Shown here: positions 17,122-25,421 of the stretch, piece after piece
How the letters are laid out: every line of letters starts with the position of its first letter
How positions within the stretch are numbered: the stretch's first letter is position 1
Virus record (IMG/VR): IMGVR_UViG_3300044513_002342
Coordinates: 1 to 26,655 of that record
Source of the DNA: a virus
Lineage: Duplodnaviria; Caudoviricetes
Strand: one strand, 5' to 3'
DNA length: 26,655 nucleotides
Program-made: the position numbers and the translations under genes
The notes under the pieces: generated by a model
What the model was told of the DNA's origin: nothing
Databases searched by the model: none
What the model saw: the letters and a program-made list of their open reading frames with translations, nothing else

Positions 17122-17884
17122 GGTTAAATTTATTTCTACTGTTCCTGGAGTCAGCACTCTTTACCCATTGACTCCAGCATCAAAGTTTAAAAGAGATTGG
17201 ATTGAGGAAGAGAAAACTCAATATAAAGAAAGAAAATCTAAGTGTCCTGTTAATAAATTAGTTGCTCCTTTAATTGGGTCAATTACAAAGTGCCCTGCTG
17301 TTAAGGCAACAATGGGTTCTGGATATATTTTAAGAGCTCCAGCAGACTTTCATATTCATACTAATGGAGATGGCGAAACTTTACTCCCAACAGCAAGAGA
17401 TATTCATCAAAGATATACTTACATTGTAACTCATGAAAAAGAAGTTACTGATTGGTTACTAAGTCCAGCACTTAGAGAAAAAACTGTTAAGACGGTTGTA
17501 AAAGTAAATACTCCTTGGAGACTTATTTGTCAAGATGATGACATTGTATTTCTTGTAACGCCTGTTCCTTTTACAGAAGAATCTAGATTCTCTGCTGTTC
17601 AAGGAATTTTAGATCCAAGAACAGCATACGAAGTAAATGTGCAGTTGTATTGGCATGTTATGGAAGGTGATGTTATTGTAAAGGCAGGGACTCCTCTATG
17701 CCAGTATATTCCTATTTCTAGAAAAGCATTAACTACAGAGATTGAATGTTATGATGCGACAATAGAAGACTACAAGATGGAAGATGAGATTTATTATGCT
17801 GGTATGCATACTTACATGGAAGAATCTACTGGAACAGAAAAAATGCTTCGCATTTCAAAGATCATGAAAAAATATTATGGATAA
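17042..17884 (+). CDS. Uncharacterised beta-rich protein (DUF6065-like / dUTPase-like fold suspected); start may be ATG17060
   Basis: Pattern KCPA...GYILRAPAD...KVNTPW...VQGILD...VKAGTPLCQYIP recalls a family that often neighbours phage oxygenase genes. Overlaps both neighbouring genes. Confidence 0.55.
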   Translation: MNFSKIMSTLNILRQKENTLRKNTTSKVKFISTVPGVSTLYPLTPASKFKRDWIEEEKTQYKERKSKCPVNKLVAPLIGSITKCPAVKATMGSGYILRAPADFHIHTNGDGETLLPTARDIHQRYTYIVTHEKEVTDWLLSPALREKTVKTVVKVNTPWRLICQDDDIVFLVTPVPFTEESRFSAVQGILDPRTAYEVNVQLYWHVMEGDVIVKAGTPLCQYIPISRKALTTEIECYDATIEDYKMEDEIYYAGMHTYMEESTGTEKMLRISKIMKKYYG

Positions 17885-18512
17885 TACCATTCAGTTATTT
17901 TCTACTCCAATCTACAAGACTTCCATTATACCATCAAAAGAAGAGAAGAATGATGTAGATTTTTTCTTCAACGACATTTTTTCTAGTATAGAAAAAAACA
18001 TATGGCCAGGGGAATCTGGTAAATCCACTGGTTGTTATGATGTAGACTTACATAGACGACCAGAATTCTACTGGTTATTTGATAGAATGATGCATCATTT
18101 AAATACGTATTGGTGGGAGGTATTAGAATATCACAATTGTTTGATTCCAACAGTAACTTCCTCTTGGGCAAATTTACATCTCAAAGGAGAATCTACCGCT
18201 GTTCATTCTCATATAGATGGATATGATGGAATGAATCATATATCTGGGGTATTCTATTATCAAAAAGAAGAAGATGAAGAGAACATTCGATTTGTCAATC
18301 CTTTAGATTCTCTTCTCAGGTGTCAACCATATAAAAATATGAAAGGCATAGAAGAGATTTCTATTCCTGTTTCAACTAAAACATATGACTTGATACTCTT
18401 CCCGTCGTGGTTAAGACATAGAGTTGATGGTAACAAAATAGATAAACCACGCATTGCTATATCATTTAACTGTAGAGGAAATTATAGTGGAACAGATAAC
18501 TTCATTAGATGA
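17877..18512 (+). CDS. Putative Fe(II)/2OG oxygenase, TIGR02466-like
   Basis: LFSTPIY start, SWAN, HSH metal motif, ISGVFY, LILFPSWLRH and RIAISFN. Confidence 0.85.
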   Translation: MDNTIQLFSTPIYKTSIIPSKEEKNDVDFFFNDIFSSIEKNIWPGESGKSTGCYDVDLHRRPEFYWLFDRMMHHLNTYWWEVLEYHNCLIPTVTSSWANLHLKGESTAVHSHIDGYDGMNHISGVFYYQKEEDEENIRFVNPLDSLLRCQPYKNMKGIEEISIPVSTKTYDLILFPSWLRHRVDGNKIDKPRIAISFNCRGNYSGTDNFIR

Positions 18513-19248
18513 TTTTACTCTTTGGACTCCAAGTTCTGTTTACTTTGATGAGTTCATTAAAGTAAAGTCTATCAGTGATTGGGAGTATGAAAAGAAAGAT
18601 AACTATTGGATTGCAGAGTCTCCGTTTTACGAAGATGGATTTGAAAGATTTAAAGACTTTGTATCACAGTCTCCTGTATGGAGAACTAATTCAGAAAAGA
18701 TATTTAAAGAAAATAATCCATTCGCTACTATACATTTGCCAACCTGGGCGACAAATAAAGTTTGTCAGTTGTTAAGAGATTTTTATATTAGAGAATCTGG
18801 AAGTGCATTCTATAACTACCACTATGAAGAATGGGGGAACATCTTTGATAGAAAGTATTGTAAACCACTAAAACGATGGAGAATACCACACATCGATTGG
18901 CCAAGAGGAATTGTTGGAAACTTGTGGTTCGATGGTGGAGAATCTACAGGAACAAAACTATATCGATACAAGAGAAATATAAATGTGACTCAAATGGAGT
19001 TTCATTATAATTCAGAACTTCCACAACATCAAACATGGGTTTCATACGCTGATGATGATAGAGCAGATGAATGGTTTAACTTTGAAGATTCGGATTACTG
19101 GGAGTTTGAAGAGATAGACTTTGCTCCTGCTAAAACTGGGACTATGACATTATATCGCAGTAACACAGCGCACGATCCTTTTATTACACCAGAAACCAAC
19201 TTTAGGTGGTCTCATACGTTCTGTTGCTTTGTTGACCATGTATCTTGA
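18487..19248 (+). CDS. Putative Fe(II)/2OG oxygenase-fold protein (DUF6445-like); likely start GTG18487
   Basis: PHID (HxD), GNLWF, GTKLYR, distal His (TAH) and C-terminal Arg (FRWS). An AGAGGA ribosome-binding-like sequence lies 7 nt before the in-frame GTG at 18487; the ORF track starts at 18454. Confidence 0.65.
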   Translation: MEQITSLDDFTLWTPSSVYFDEFIKVKSISDWEYEKKDNYWIAESPFYEDGFERFKDFVSQSPVWRTNSEKIFKENNPFATIHLPTWATNKVCQLLRDFYIRESGSAFYNYHYEEWGNIFDRKYCKPLKRWRIPHIDWPRGIVGNLWFDGGESTGTKLYRYKRNINVTQMEFHYNSELPQHQTWVSYADDDRADEWFNFEDSDYWEFEEIDFAPAKTGTMTLYRSNTAHDPFITPETNFRWSHTFCCFVDHVS

Positions 19249-19810
19249 ACCTGTATTCTCTACTCCAATTTGGTCTGAAATATTAAACTTAGACTTATCA
19301 AAAATTGAAGAGTATTCATATGATCTCCAGAAAAAAGATACTGGTAGAGTAGTATCAAATCATGGCGGGTGGCAGTCATCAGATCTATACGATTTAGATA
19401 ACACCCCTATTGAACCACTAATAAATAATACTAAGAAGTTATTGAAAGTATGCTTTCAAACACTGGAGGTTCCAAAAGTTCCAGTAATTGATAATGCATG
19501 GATTAATATCAATCCCCCAGGATCTTTTAATAAACCACATATTCATGGGAACAATTGTTTTCTCTCGGTAGTTTTCTATATCAAAGCAAAAGAAAACTGC
19601 GGTAATATATTTTTCGAAAGAGGATCTCTTCAAGAATATATTTTGAGTAACTTTGTTCCTCATGGTATGAATACTTACAACAGTTCTAGATGGCAATATC
19701 CAGCGAGAGAAAATCAAATAATTATTTTTCCTTCCTGGTTGTCTCATTCTGTTGGAACCAATGAGTCAGACAGTGACCGAATTTCTATAGCATTAAACGT
19801 AAAGGTATGA
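19238..19810 (+). CDS. Putative Fe(II)/2OG oxygenase, TIGR02466-like (second copy); likely start ATG19238
   Basis: VFSTPIW, SNHGGWQS, AWININ, PHIH, LSVVFY, IIFPSWLSH and RISIALN. Confidence 0.87.
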   Translation: MYLEPVFSTPIWSEILNLDLSKIEEYSYDLQKKDTGRVVSNHGGWQSSDLYDLDNTPIEPLINNTKKLLKVCFQTLEVPKVPVIDNAWININPPGSFNKPHIHGNNCFLSVVFYIKAKENCGNIFFERGSLQEYILSNFVPHGMNTYNSSRWQYPARENQIIIFPSWLSHSVGTNESDSDRISIALNVKV

Positions 19811-20442
19811 TTGAAATTAATGATTTTCTATCTAAAAGATTGAATAGACATTATGGTAATATCTTGCTGCATGGAGATTTCCCATGGTATTACGCGCCAG
19901 ACATTACTAATAGTCCAACTAATTTTAACTCCTATCCTATGGATTATAGGCAGTATGGATTTCATCATACATGCTTTATGGAATACGAAAGTAAGAGTAA
20001 CACGTTTCCATACTTTAGTCATCTGGTAGAATCTGTTAAAGATCAATTACCAGAACACCCAGAAGGATGGGAATGGGAATTGTATAGAGTGAGATGTGGA
20101 TTCAATATTCCATTGAGTCCTGTAAACAAAAAGTATGCTGCTCTAGAGCATAATCAACCACATGTTGATCACGATAATTCTGTCGTAACTGGCAAGACTT
20201 GGACATGTTTATACTATGTCAATGAGACAGATGGAGATACTTTCATCTTCCAACAGAAACTCAAACCTGCTCCTTCTCCATGGCCAGCAAAGTTTACTGT
20301 TCAAGATAGAGTAAAACCAACTAGAAATAAACTATTGATCTTTGATGGTGATCATTTCCATGCAAGTTCTAGTCCCGTTAACTACGAATCTAGATTAGTA
20401 TTAACATTCAATTTCCATGATAGACGCTACCAAATTTCGTAA
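19807..20442 (+). CDS. Putative Fe(II)/2OG oxygenase
   Basis: FPWYY, PHVD (HxD), LYYVNETDGDT, LLIFDGDHFHASSSP and RLVLTFNF. ATGA overlap with the upstream gene. Confidence 0.82.
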   Translation: MIEINDFLSKRLNRHYGNILLHGDFPWYYAPDITNSPTNFNSYPMDYRQYGFHHTCFMEYESKSNTFPYFSHLVESVKDQLPEHPEGWEWELYRVRCGFNIPLSPVNKKYAALEHNQPHVDHDNSVVTGKTWTCLYYVNETDGDTFIFQQKLKPAPSPWPAKFTVQDRVKPTRNKLLIFDGDHFHASSSPVNYESRLVLTFNFHDRRYQIS

Positions 20443-21127
20443 ATTTTTAGAGCACATTCACAAAGAATGTCTGTTCGACGAAAAACCATTGTTCCAAAAA
20501 AATGTATTTGATGAACCAGTTGCAACTTGGAACGATGTTAATGAAGTTATCAACTTTAATAGAGGTATAGTTGATATAATCGATAGCAATGGGAATCGTG
20601 TTGATATTCCCGCACTTAAATATTTTTGGTCTAGTAGGATTTTACAGAGCAAAGTAGAAATTTCAAATCAAATTAAAAAAGGAAATTGTTTCTCGATATC
20701 TCAATGTTTCTATCTAAATGAACCTGTCAATTACATACTAGGAATTCTAGAAGATAGATTCGATTTGATATGTGATGCACATTTGTATGGAGGAATTAGT
20801 GGAGATGCAAATTCATTTCATCCACATGTAGATATACCTTCTAATTTTATTATTCAACTAGATGGAGATACTCCATGGACAATATATAAGAACACTGCGT
20901 CTGATATGTATCCTCAAGAGTATATCAACTCATTTAGATCACTAGATTGCTTAGAACCAGAGATTGAAGTTATACTTAGTCCTGGAGATATGTTATACAT
21001 TCCTCCAAGAAGGTATCATAAAGCAAGACCTAGTGGAAAAAGATTATCATTAAGTATACCTGCTGCATCTAGAAAATACACAAACGCTCTTCCAATCGAT
21101 AGACAGTTGTATGACATTACCAAGTGA
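20417..21127 (+). CDS. JmjC/cupin-type Fe(II)/2OG oxygenase (resembles ycfD/ROXA protein hydroxylases)
   Basis: DAHLY, SFHPHVD, NFIIQLDG, W-x-IY, LSPGDMLYIPPRRYHKA and RLSLSI. Confidence 0.85.
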   Translation: MIDATKFRKFLEHIHKECLFDEKPLFQKNVFDEPVATWNDVNEVINFNRGIVDIIDSNGNRVDIPALKYFWSSRILQSKVEISNQIKKGNCFSISQCFYLNEPVNYILGILEDRFDLICDAHLYGGISGDANSFHPHVDIPSNFIIQLDGDTPWTIYKNTASDMYPQEYINSFRSLDCLEPEIEVILSPGDMLYIPPRRYHKARPSGKRLSLSIPAASRKYTNALPIDRQLYDITK

Positions 21128-21704
21128 CGTTCATTTAATAAAGAATTACTTACATAAAGATGTAGTGTCTCTTCTTTTATCTGAGATCCGACTATTTACT
21201 AATGCATCAAATGTATTTGGAGATACTAGTGGATATGTTGATAATACATTCAATTGGTATTCTCCTCCTGGATGCGAAGCACTAATGGTTAACATGAAAG
21301 AGTTTGTTGAAAAAACTATCGGATTGAATTTGCATCCAACTTACAGTTATGCTAGGATCTATAAGAATGGCAGTGAACTTAAAAAGCATTTAGACAGAAG
21401 AAGTTCTGAACATGTTGTTACCTGCTGTTTGTATAAAGAGTTGCCTTATCCAATTACTATAGATGATGGAAAAAAATTACATCACATAGATTTAGATGTT
21501 GGTGATGTTCTTATTTTTCCAGGAAGAAAGTATTTTCACTGGAGAGATAAATATCAAGGAGAAGAGCATATACATTGTTTTCTTCAATATGTGAATGCTA
21601 ATGGTGAGTTAGCAGAATTCAAGTATGATACTAGACCATGCTTAGGTTCTAACTATCAGTTCACAGAACAAAAAGTCAAAGATGAAATGATTGGAGGTTA
21701 TTAA
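21111..21704 (+). CDS. Putative Fe(II)/2OG oxygenase
   Basis: LHPTYSYARIYKNG.ELKKHLDR (HxD), GDVLIFPG, HWR and FLQYV, a pattern common in marine phage oxygenases. Confidence 0.8.
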   Translation: MTLPSDVHLIKNYLHKDVVSLLLSEIRLFTNASNVFGDTSGYVDNTFNWYSPPGCEALMVNMKEFVEKTIGLNLHPTYSYARIYKNGSELKKHLDRRSSEHVVTCCLYKELPYPITIDDGKKLHHIDLDVGDVLIFPGRKYFHWRDKYQGEEHIHCFLQYVNANGELAEFKYDTRPCLGSNYQFTEQKVKDEMIGGY

Positions 21705-21973
21705 TGACTACAGAAACTGAAGAGAAAAAAGAACTTAAATCTCTAGATGATTTGTGGGAGAGTTTTTCTACACGTCTAGCGGATGCTAGAGTTGCTGTAA
21801 TAAATAAGAGAGAAGAAATCGAAAAGCAAACTGAGATTTCTACGCGAATCGATCTAAGCGAATACAATGATCTGCAGATCATGGTTCATAAGTTAGAGGC
21901 AGCACTGGAAGCTCTAAACATGGTTAGAGTTGAATGTCTGGGATTAGAATCATTAATTAACTATGAGGGATAA
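21704..21973 (+). CDS. Hypothetical helical protein (89 aa)
   Basis: GGAGG ribosome-binding-like sequence, TAATG coupling to the upstream gene, E/K/L-rich amphipathic sequence. Confidence 0.65.
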   Translation: MTTETEEKKELKSLDDLWESFSTRLADARVAVINKREEIEKQTEISTRIDLSEYNDLQIMVHKLEAALEALNMVRVECLGLESLINYEG

Positions 21974-21975
21974 CA

Positions 21976-22161
21976 ATGGATACTGAACAACTTAAAAAGA
22001 ATTTTGAAGACCAACTTGCTCAAACTGTAAAGCAGATTGGAGAACTAGAAGAGAATCTTCAAAAAGCAAAAGAATATAAAATTAAATTAGAGGGTGGTCT
22101 TGAGACCCTAAATCTTCTGAATCCTCCAGAGGAGAAACCTGCAGAAGCAGCAGCTGAATAA
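21976..22161 (+). CDS. Small coiled-coil hypothetical protein (61 aa) preceding g13
   Basis: GAGG ribosome-binding-like sequence and heptad pattern (LKKNFEDQLAQTVKQIGELEENL). Followed by a terminator. Confidence 0.75.
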   Translation: MDTEQLKKNFEDQLAQTVKQIGELEENLQKAKEYKIKLEGGLETLNLLNPPEEKPAEAAAE

Positions 22162-22168
22162 CTCTAAC

Positions 22169-22201
22169 TCCCTGCCTGATAAATACAGGTAGGGACTTTT
22201 T
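22169..22201 (+). terminator. Rho-independent terminator closing the island
   Basis: 10-bp stem TCCCTGCCTG / CAGGTAGGGA (one G-U pair), 7-nt loop, followed by CTTTTT. Confidence 0.85.
22178..22185 (+). promoter_or_regulatory. Late promoter (GATAAATA) for g13, located in the terminator loop
   Basis: ATAAATA makes up the whole hairpin loop, 28 nt upstream of ATG22214. Confidence 0.75.
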
Positions 22202-22213
22202 GTATCTAGGTGC

Positions 22214-23044
22214 ATGGCTTCACCAACAAGTAAATCAGAATTAGTTGATTATTGCAAACGTCAACTGGGTGCTCCTGTGCTGCAGATTAATATTGCAGAC
22301 GAGCAAACTGATGACATCATTGATCAAGCAATTCAGTATTACCACGAATATCATTTCGATGGTGTAGAGAGAATGTATCTAAAACATCAGTTTACTGCTG
22401 ATGACGTTAGTCGATTTGATTCTTCAAACGAAGATACAACTGCACCAAACAATGATGCTTGGGAGAATAGAAACAACTACATCGAAGTCCCTGATGCGGT
22501 TATTGGCATCTCTAAAGTATTTGGTGTTTCCTCAAGTTTCTTAAGGAACAATCTTTTTGGTATGAGTAATCAATATTATTTGATGGATCTGTTCTCATTC
22601 TCGTCAGGTTCAGCATTTAGTTTTGGTAACTTTGATCTAACAAACTACTTCATGATTAAGCAGCACTTTGAGACTATTGATATGATTATCAATACAGGTG
22701 CATTGATTGAGTATAGATTCAATAAGAGACAAGATCGTTTGTTCTTGGACATTGATAAATCTAGGGTAGTAGAAGATCAGTATCTTCTTATTGATTGCTA
22801 CAGATACTTGAACCCTGATGATTTTACTCAGGTATATAATGATAGTTTTGTCAAGAGATATGCTACTGCTCTAATGAAGAGACAGTGGGGACAAAACCTT
22901 ATTAAGTATAACGCAGTTCAACTTCCTGGTGGCGTAACTCTTAATGGTCGTCAGATCTGGGAAGATGGTAACAATGAAGTGAAGGAACTGGAGTCTAGAA
23001 TGATGACAGATTTTTCACTCCCACCAATGGATATGATCGGATAA
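22214..23044 (+). CDS. g13: Neck protein gp13
   Basis: YCKRQLGAPVLQINI..Q..D.I..AIQYY.EYHFDG at the N-terminus and KRQWGQNLIKY..VQLPGGVTLNG at the C-terminus. T4 synteny. Confidence 0.95.
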   Translation: MASPTSKSELVDYCKRQLGAPVLQINIADEQTDDIIDQAIQYYHEYHFDGVERMYLKHQFTADDVSRFDSSNEDTTAPNNDAWENRNNYIEVPDAVIGISKVFGVSSSFLRNNLFGMSNQYYLMDLFSFSSGSAFSFGNFDLTNYFMIKQHFETIDMIINTGALIEYRFNKRQDRLFLDIDKSRVVEDQYLLIDCYRYLNPDDFTQVYNDSFVKRYATALMKRQWGQNLIKYNAVQLPGGVTLNGRQIWEDGNNEVKELESRMMTDFSLPPMDMIG

Positions 23045-23045
23045 G

Positions 23046-23924
23046 ATGCCTACTAGTCCTTACTTTCCAACATACTACGGCGGTTACTCTGGCGAGCAAG
23101 GTCTCGTTCAGGATCTTGTGGATGAACAAATTAAATTGTTCGGCACAGATATCTACTACTTGCCAAGAACTCTCATTACTGATGGGGTCTTGGATGATGT
23201 CATCTACAATAAGTTCGAGAGTCAGTTTCAAGTAGAGATGCTTCTACAAAACGTAGAAGGTTTTGGATCACCATCAGAATTTATTAGTAAGTTTGGACTT
23301 CGTATTACTGACGAGGTTCGTTTTGTTGTGTCTCAACGTAGATGGGACGAAGCATCTGCTGGATCTACCCTAACGGTTCCCACTCGTCCAAACGAGGGAG
23401 ACTTGCTTTACTTCCCACTAACTCAAGATATTTACGAGATTAAGTTTGTAGAAAGAGAAGATCCTTTCTATCAATTAGGTAAGATCTACTTCTATACAAT
23501 GACTGCTGAGATCTATGAGTATGGCAGTGATAATTTTGACACAGGAGTTGAAGAGATTGATGAAATTGAAACTCTATTCTCCAATGCAATTGCTCTCACT
23601 CTATCTGTTGGAGGAACTGGAGAATTCTTTGATGGAGAAACTGTCACTGGAAGCACTACTGGAACAGAGGCAGAAGTTAAATCTTGGGATAGTTCTACTA
23701 GAATTATGCAAGTAATTAATAGAACAGGAACTTTCGCAACTGGCGAAGCTATCACTGGAAATACTAGCAGTGCGGTATGGGTAGTAGGAACGTTTGACAC
23801 TCTAAATAATACGAATAGTGAATACGATCAGAATAGAGAGATCGAGGATTTTGCAGACAACATTGTTGATTGGTCTGAAGGAAATCCATTTGGTGAATAT
23901 GGTAATTTTACGGATAGCATCTAA
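23046..23924 (+). CDS. g14: Neck protein gp14 (head closure)
   Basis: EQ.LVQDLVDEQIK.FG.DIYYLPR, SKFGL...DE, RPNEGDLLYFP, EIKFVE..PFYQLGK and NPFG. Confidence 0.95.
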   Translation: MPTSPYFPTYYGGYSGEQGLVQDLVDEQIKLFGTDIYYLPRTLITDGVLDDVIYNKFESQFQVEMLLQNVEGFGSPSEFISKFGLRITDEVRFVVSQRRWDEASAGSTLTVPTRPNEGDLLYFPLTQDIYEIKFVEREDPFYQLGKIYFYTMTAEIYEYGSDNFDTGVEEIDEIETLFSNAIALTLSVGGTGEFFDGETVTGSTTGTEAEVKSWDSSTRIMQVINRTGTFATGEAITGNTSSAVWVVGTFDTLNNTNSEYDQNREIEDFADNIVDWSEGNPFGEYGNFTDSI

Positions 23925-24727
23925 TGTTAGGGTCACATTTTTATAACGAAATTATTCGCAGAAATATTGTTGGATTTGGAACACTGTTTAACAGTATTTC
24001 ATTGAAGAAGGTTGACCCTTCCGATAATTCTGTATTGGAAGAAGAAAAAGTTCCCTTGGCATATGGTCCAAAGGCAAAGTTTTTGACTCGTCTTGAGCAG
24101 AATCCAGATGTTGGTAGAAAAATTGCTATAACATTACCACGTCTTTATTTTGAAATGACTGGTATTAATTATGACGCAGCTAGAAAAACTTCACCTGTCC
24201 AAAAATATAGAAAAGTTAGAATTGAAGATGGTTCGGAAGTTGTAGAACAGTATGTTCCAGTTCCATATAATATTGATTTTGAATTAGGAATTATTGCAAA
24301 AAATCAAGATGATGGTTTGCAAATTCTAGAACAGATTCTACCATACTTTCAACCATCTTTTAGTATTACTCTTAATATGATTCCAGACATGGATGAGAAA
24401 AAAGATGTAGCAATTACACTCAACAGTGTTCAATATGATGACGCTTGGGATGATAATTTTCTTGATCGTAGATACATTACATGGACTTTAAGTTTTACTG
24501 CTAAGTCTTACATCTATGGTCCATATGATCAAGCAGGAGTTATTAATAAAGCAATCATTTATGAAGGCATTGGAGATAATTCAGTTCAACAGAGAACTAC
24601 AAAAGTTACTTATACACCTAAGGCATTAGAAGACTATAACAATGATGGTCAAATCGATTTCCAAGATGACAATCTTGTAGTTGCATCGGATGACTTTGGA
24701 TTTAATGAAGGGATTGAACTACTATGA
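23924..24727 (+). CDS. g15: Tail sheath stabilizer / tail terminator gp15
   Basis: HFYNEIIRR..FGTLF, KVPLAYGPK, TLPRL.FE, PVPYNI.FEL and QILEQILPYFQP. Confidence 0.95.
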   Translation: MLGSHFYNEIIRRNIVGFGTLFNSISLKKVDPSDNSVLEEEKVPLAYGPKAKFLTRLEQNPDVGRKIAITLPRLYFEMTGINYDAARKTSPVQKYRKVRIEDGSEVVEQYVPVPYNIDFELGIIAKNQDDGLQILEQILPYFQPSFSITLNMIPDMDEKKDVAITLNSVQYDDAWDDNFLDRRYITWTLSFTAKSYIYGPYDQAGVINKAIIYEGIGDNSVQQRTTKVTYTPKALEDYNNDGQIDFQDDNLVVASDDFGFNEGIELL

Positions 24728-25149
24728 GCAAGTTTGAAGATAACATGGAAGATATCTTTGATATCGAAGTTGAATCAACAGATATCGAACCAGCAAAACC
24801 AAGACCTTCCAGAGAGGCAGACAAGGACGACCAGACGAAGGATTACGAATATACTCGTGGTCAACTCTACTCACTCATTGACAAGGGCACAGAGGCGCTT
24901 AACGGTGCCTTAGAGGTCGCTCAGGAGTCAGGGCACCCTAGAGCGTATGAAGTCGCTGTGAACGCCATGAAGCAGGTAGCAGATGCTACTGATAAACTCA
25001 TGGATCTGCAGCAGAAGATGAAGAACCTTGAGGCACCTACTAAGAGAGAGACCAACAACACCACAAATAATTTGTTTGTAGGCAGCACAGCAGACCTACA
25101 GAAAATGCTTAAACAAATAAATAAAAAAGAAGAATCTGGAGAGTCATGA
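24724..25149 (+). CDS. g16: Terminase small subunit gp16
   Basis: DYEYTRGQL, ESGHPRAYEV and NNLFVGSTADLQKML. Follows g15. Confidence 0.95.
   Translation: MSKFEDNMEDIFDIEVESTDIEPAKPRPSREADKDDQTKDYEYTRGQLYSLIDKGTEALNGALEVAQESGHPRAYEVAVNAMKQVADATDKLMDLQQKMKNLEAPTKRETNNTTNNLFVGSTADLQKMLKQINKKEESGES
25117..25123 (+). promoter_or_regulatory. Late promoter-like motif ATAAATA in the 3' end of g16
   Basis: 22 nt upstream of ATG25146, with a GGAGAG ribosome-binding-like sequence between them. The A-rich context lowers specificity. Confidence 0.55.
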
Positions 25150-25421
25150 TCCTAAAACCAATTACTCCATTAGTAGAAATTCCTGTAATCGGATCTGATA
25201 TTTCTCTGGCTACGCTAGTGTCAGTGTTGAATAACTCTGGAGCTCCATGCCAGATCAGAATTGACAATGGAGAAGCTGCTATCGATCAACCATCGATCGC
25301 TTTAGCAACTGGCGAGAGAGCAACAATTGCTAAGAATTCTTCAGATGAAATCTTTGCTGAAGATTTAACTGGCACTTCGGTTTCAGATGTTTTTGCTACT
25401 AAAATCGCTTTTGCAAACTAA
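25146..25421 (+). CDS. Hypothetical protein (91 aa), possibly virion-associated
   Basis: ATGA overlap with g16, ribosome-binding-like sequence, beta-rich composition. Confidence 0.65.
   Translation: MILKPITPLVEIPVIGSDISLATLVSVLNNSGAPCQIRIDNGEAAIDQPSIALATGERATIAKNSSDEIFAEDLTGTSVSDVFATKIAFAN

Noticed and set aside
14010-21704. Classical pyrrolnitrin or RiPP secondary-metabolite cluster
   Set aside because: No prnB/C/D-like genes, short leader-core precursor, peptidase or transporter are visible in the window.
19410-23808. Further intragenic TAAATA matches (near 19421, 21547, 21800, 23802)
   Set aside because: Expected by chance in AT-rich DNA and more than 100 nt from the next start codon. 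The one at 23802 might serve g15 but cannot be supported.
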